NCBI GenBank assembly: GCA_964016885.1
Contig: OZ024747.1
Coordinates: 15,004,001-15,068,000, forward strand
Reading direction: 5' to 3'
Origin: Eledone cirrhosa
Lineage: Eukaryota
DNA: 64,000 nt
Both the position numbers and the translations under genes were made by a program. Within the stretch, counting starts at the first letter, position 1, and each line of letters begins with the position of its first letter. This document shows positions 61,515-64,000 of the stretch, one piece after another. The notes under the pieces are model-generated. The model saw only the letters and a list, made by a program, of their open reading frames with translations, was not told the origin of the DNA and did no database searches.

Positions 61515-62188
61515 AGAAAGTATGACCCCGACAGCAGAGCTCAAGCCGTTTTGACGGCTATCTATCTATCTAATAAGAATTAGATAGTGTGTGTGGGTGT
61601 GTGCATATATATTTAGACACACACACACGCACACACACATATATATATTGATAAATATATATATATATACATATATATTATATATATTTTATATACATAT
61701 ATATTATATATATTTTATATATATATATTATATATATGTGTGTGTGTATGTGTATATCTGTATATATGTGTAAACAATTGTAACAATTAAAAATAATAAC
61801 GATGCATTGGAATGCAATCGTATGAATATATATATTTATAGGGAAAAGGTGTGTGTCAGTGTGTATAAAATAACGATATAGGAATAAATATATATATTTA
61901 TACGATTGCATTCCAATGCAACGTTATTATTTTTAATTGTTACAAATTGTTTACACATATATACAAATATACACATACACACACATATATATAATATATA
62001 TATATAAAATATATATAATATATATGTATATAAAATATATATAATATATATGTTTATATATGTGTGTGTGTGCGTGTGTGTGTGTCTAAATATATATGCA
62101 CACACCCTCACACACTATCTAATTGTTATTAGATAGCTAGATAGTCGTCGAAACGGCTCGAGCTCTGCTGTTGGGGTCATACTTTCTC
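61515..62188. repeat. Composite inverted duplication (~320-bp arms)
   Basis: 61515-~61838 is the reverse complement of ~61887-62188, including the internal microsatellites. Confidence 0.85.
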
Positions 62189-62200
62189 CTATATATATAT

Positions 62201-62232
<32 letters not shown>

Positions 62233-62250
62233 TTATGTAAATATATATAC

Positions 62251-62327
<77 letters not shown>

Positions 62328-62391
62328 TATATATATATATATATAATTATATATATATATATATATATAATTATATATATATATATATATA

Positions 62392-62479
<88 letters not shown>

Positions 62480-62567
62480 TTTACTTAACCCCCACCCCAC
62501 TCTCAAGAGCGTGAAATTAATAAACCTTTGATTGTGCTGCCTCTCTGTTTTGTTCCCGTTCAATTTT

Positions 62568-62752
<185 letters not shown>

Positions 62753-62767
62753 GTGTGTATATATATA

Positions 62768-62838
<71 letters not shown>

Positions 62839-62893
62839 TTATATATATATATACATGTATATACATATATATATATGTATATATATATACATA

Positions 62894-62987
<94 letters not shown>

Positions 62988-63001
62988 TATATAAATGTAT
63001 G

Positions 63002-63087
<86 letters not shown>

Positions 63088-63120
63088 TATATATATACAT
63101 ATATATATATATGTATATAC

Positions 63121-63204
63121 AGTGTTTTGGTGTAATGTTAATTAGAGCGGGAACAATTGAGGTGAAATAATTGTGCCATATTTTTGTTATGTATGTGTAT
63201 ATAG

Positions 63205-63275
<71 letters not shown>

Positions 63276-63635
63276 TAACATTACACCAAAACACTTTAAA
63301 CAGATACAGACCCCATAAAATTCAAAGAGTGTTTAGACAAATTCCTTCAAGAAATCCTGGATTAAACTCCTACACACGGATATATCTCCGCAAACAATAA
63401 CCCCCTTCATGAGTGGGTCATGGTGTCCTAATCCTGATTTAAAAGACTGCGCCAGTTGGTGTTATTAAGTTACACATGTTGACTTTGCCTATCATGCTTA
63501 ACGGGTCGATGAAATAAAGTACCAGTAATGCACTGGGGGGTAATTGCTGGCCTTGTGCCTAAAGTAGAAATAGTTATTAAGTTACACATGATCTGGGCCA
63601 ATACTGGCCAAAACATATCAAAGTTATCAAAGTTA
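63121..63635 (+). mobile_element. CR1-like LINE 3' end with inverted 5' piece and nested SINE (63479-63572, 18-bp TSD)
   Basis: FKECLDKFLQEI.D and tail (tatcaaagt)2. TSD gttattaagttacacatg at 63461-63478 and 63573-63590. Confidence 0.75.
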
Positions 63636-63689
63636 TATTCATATATTTATATATGTATATAAATATACATACATATGTATGTGTGTGTG

Positions 63690-63730
<41 letters not shown>

Positions 63731-63786
63731 ATTTGCATGTATATATATATATATACACATATATATGTATATATATGTATATATAG

Positions 63787-63898
<112 letters not shown>

Positions 63899-64000
63899 GT
63901 ATATATATATATATATATTTCTGCATATATATATATATGTGCATATATATTACACATCTGCTTATATGTCTATCTATATATATATATATATATATATATA

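Overview
This is gene-free, very AT-rich animal DNA dominated by (TA)n, (CA)n and (GA)n microsatellites. The SINE, CR1 and RTE repertoire looks like octopus/cephalopod, which is my inference from recalled repeat motifs. I found no host gene, and nearly all ORFs in the track are microsatellite read-throughs. The real coding remnants are all retroelements: a Penelope-like element (PLE) with a GIY-YIG endonuclease (19.3-20.9 kb), plus RTE, CR1 and R4-like LINE fragments. About 20 copies of a tRNA-derived SINE are also present. The striking feature is that many short islands between (TA)n tracts are fold-back (inverted-repeat) insertions carrying minimal type I hammerhead ribozymes (HHR), about 25-30 motifs from more than a dozen unrelated sequences. 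In every fold-back where the motif can be read, the ribozyme-sense strand points outward from the centre, and one arm usually has an extra tail. The extreme case is a 4.3-kb head-to-head array of a near-identical 591-bp non-coding unit (32473-36815) holding 8 HHRs with a compensatory U3-A8 core. Together this suggests a TA-targeting PLE/retrozyme-like system that inserts by priming from both ends of the target. All folding and alignment was done by eye, and coordinates may be off by a few bases.
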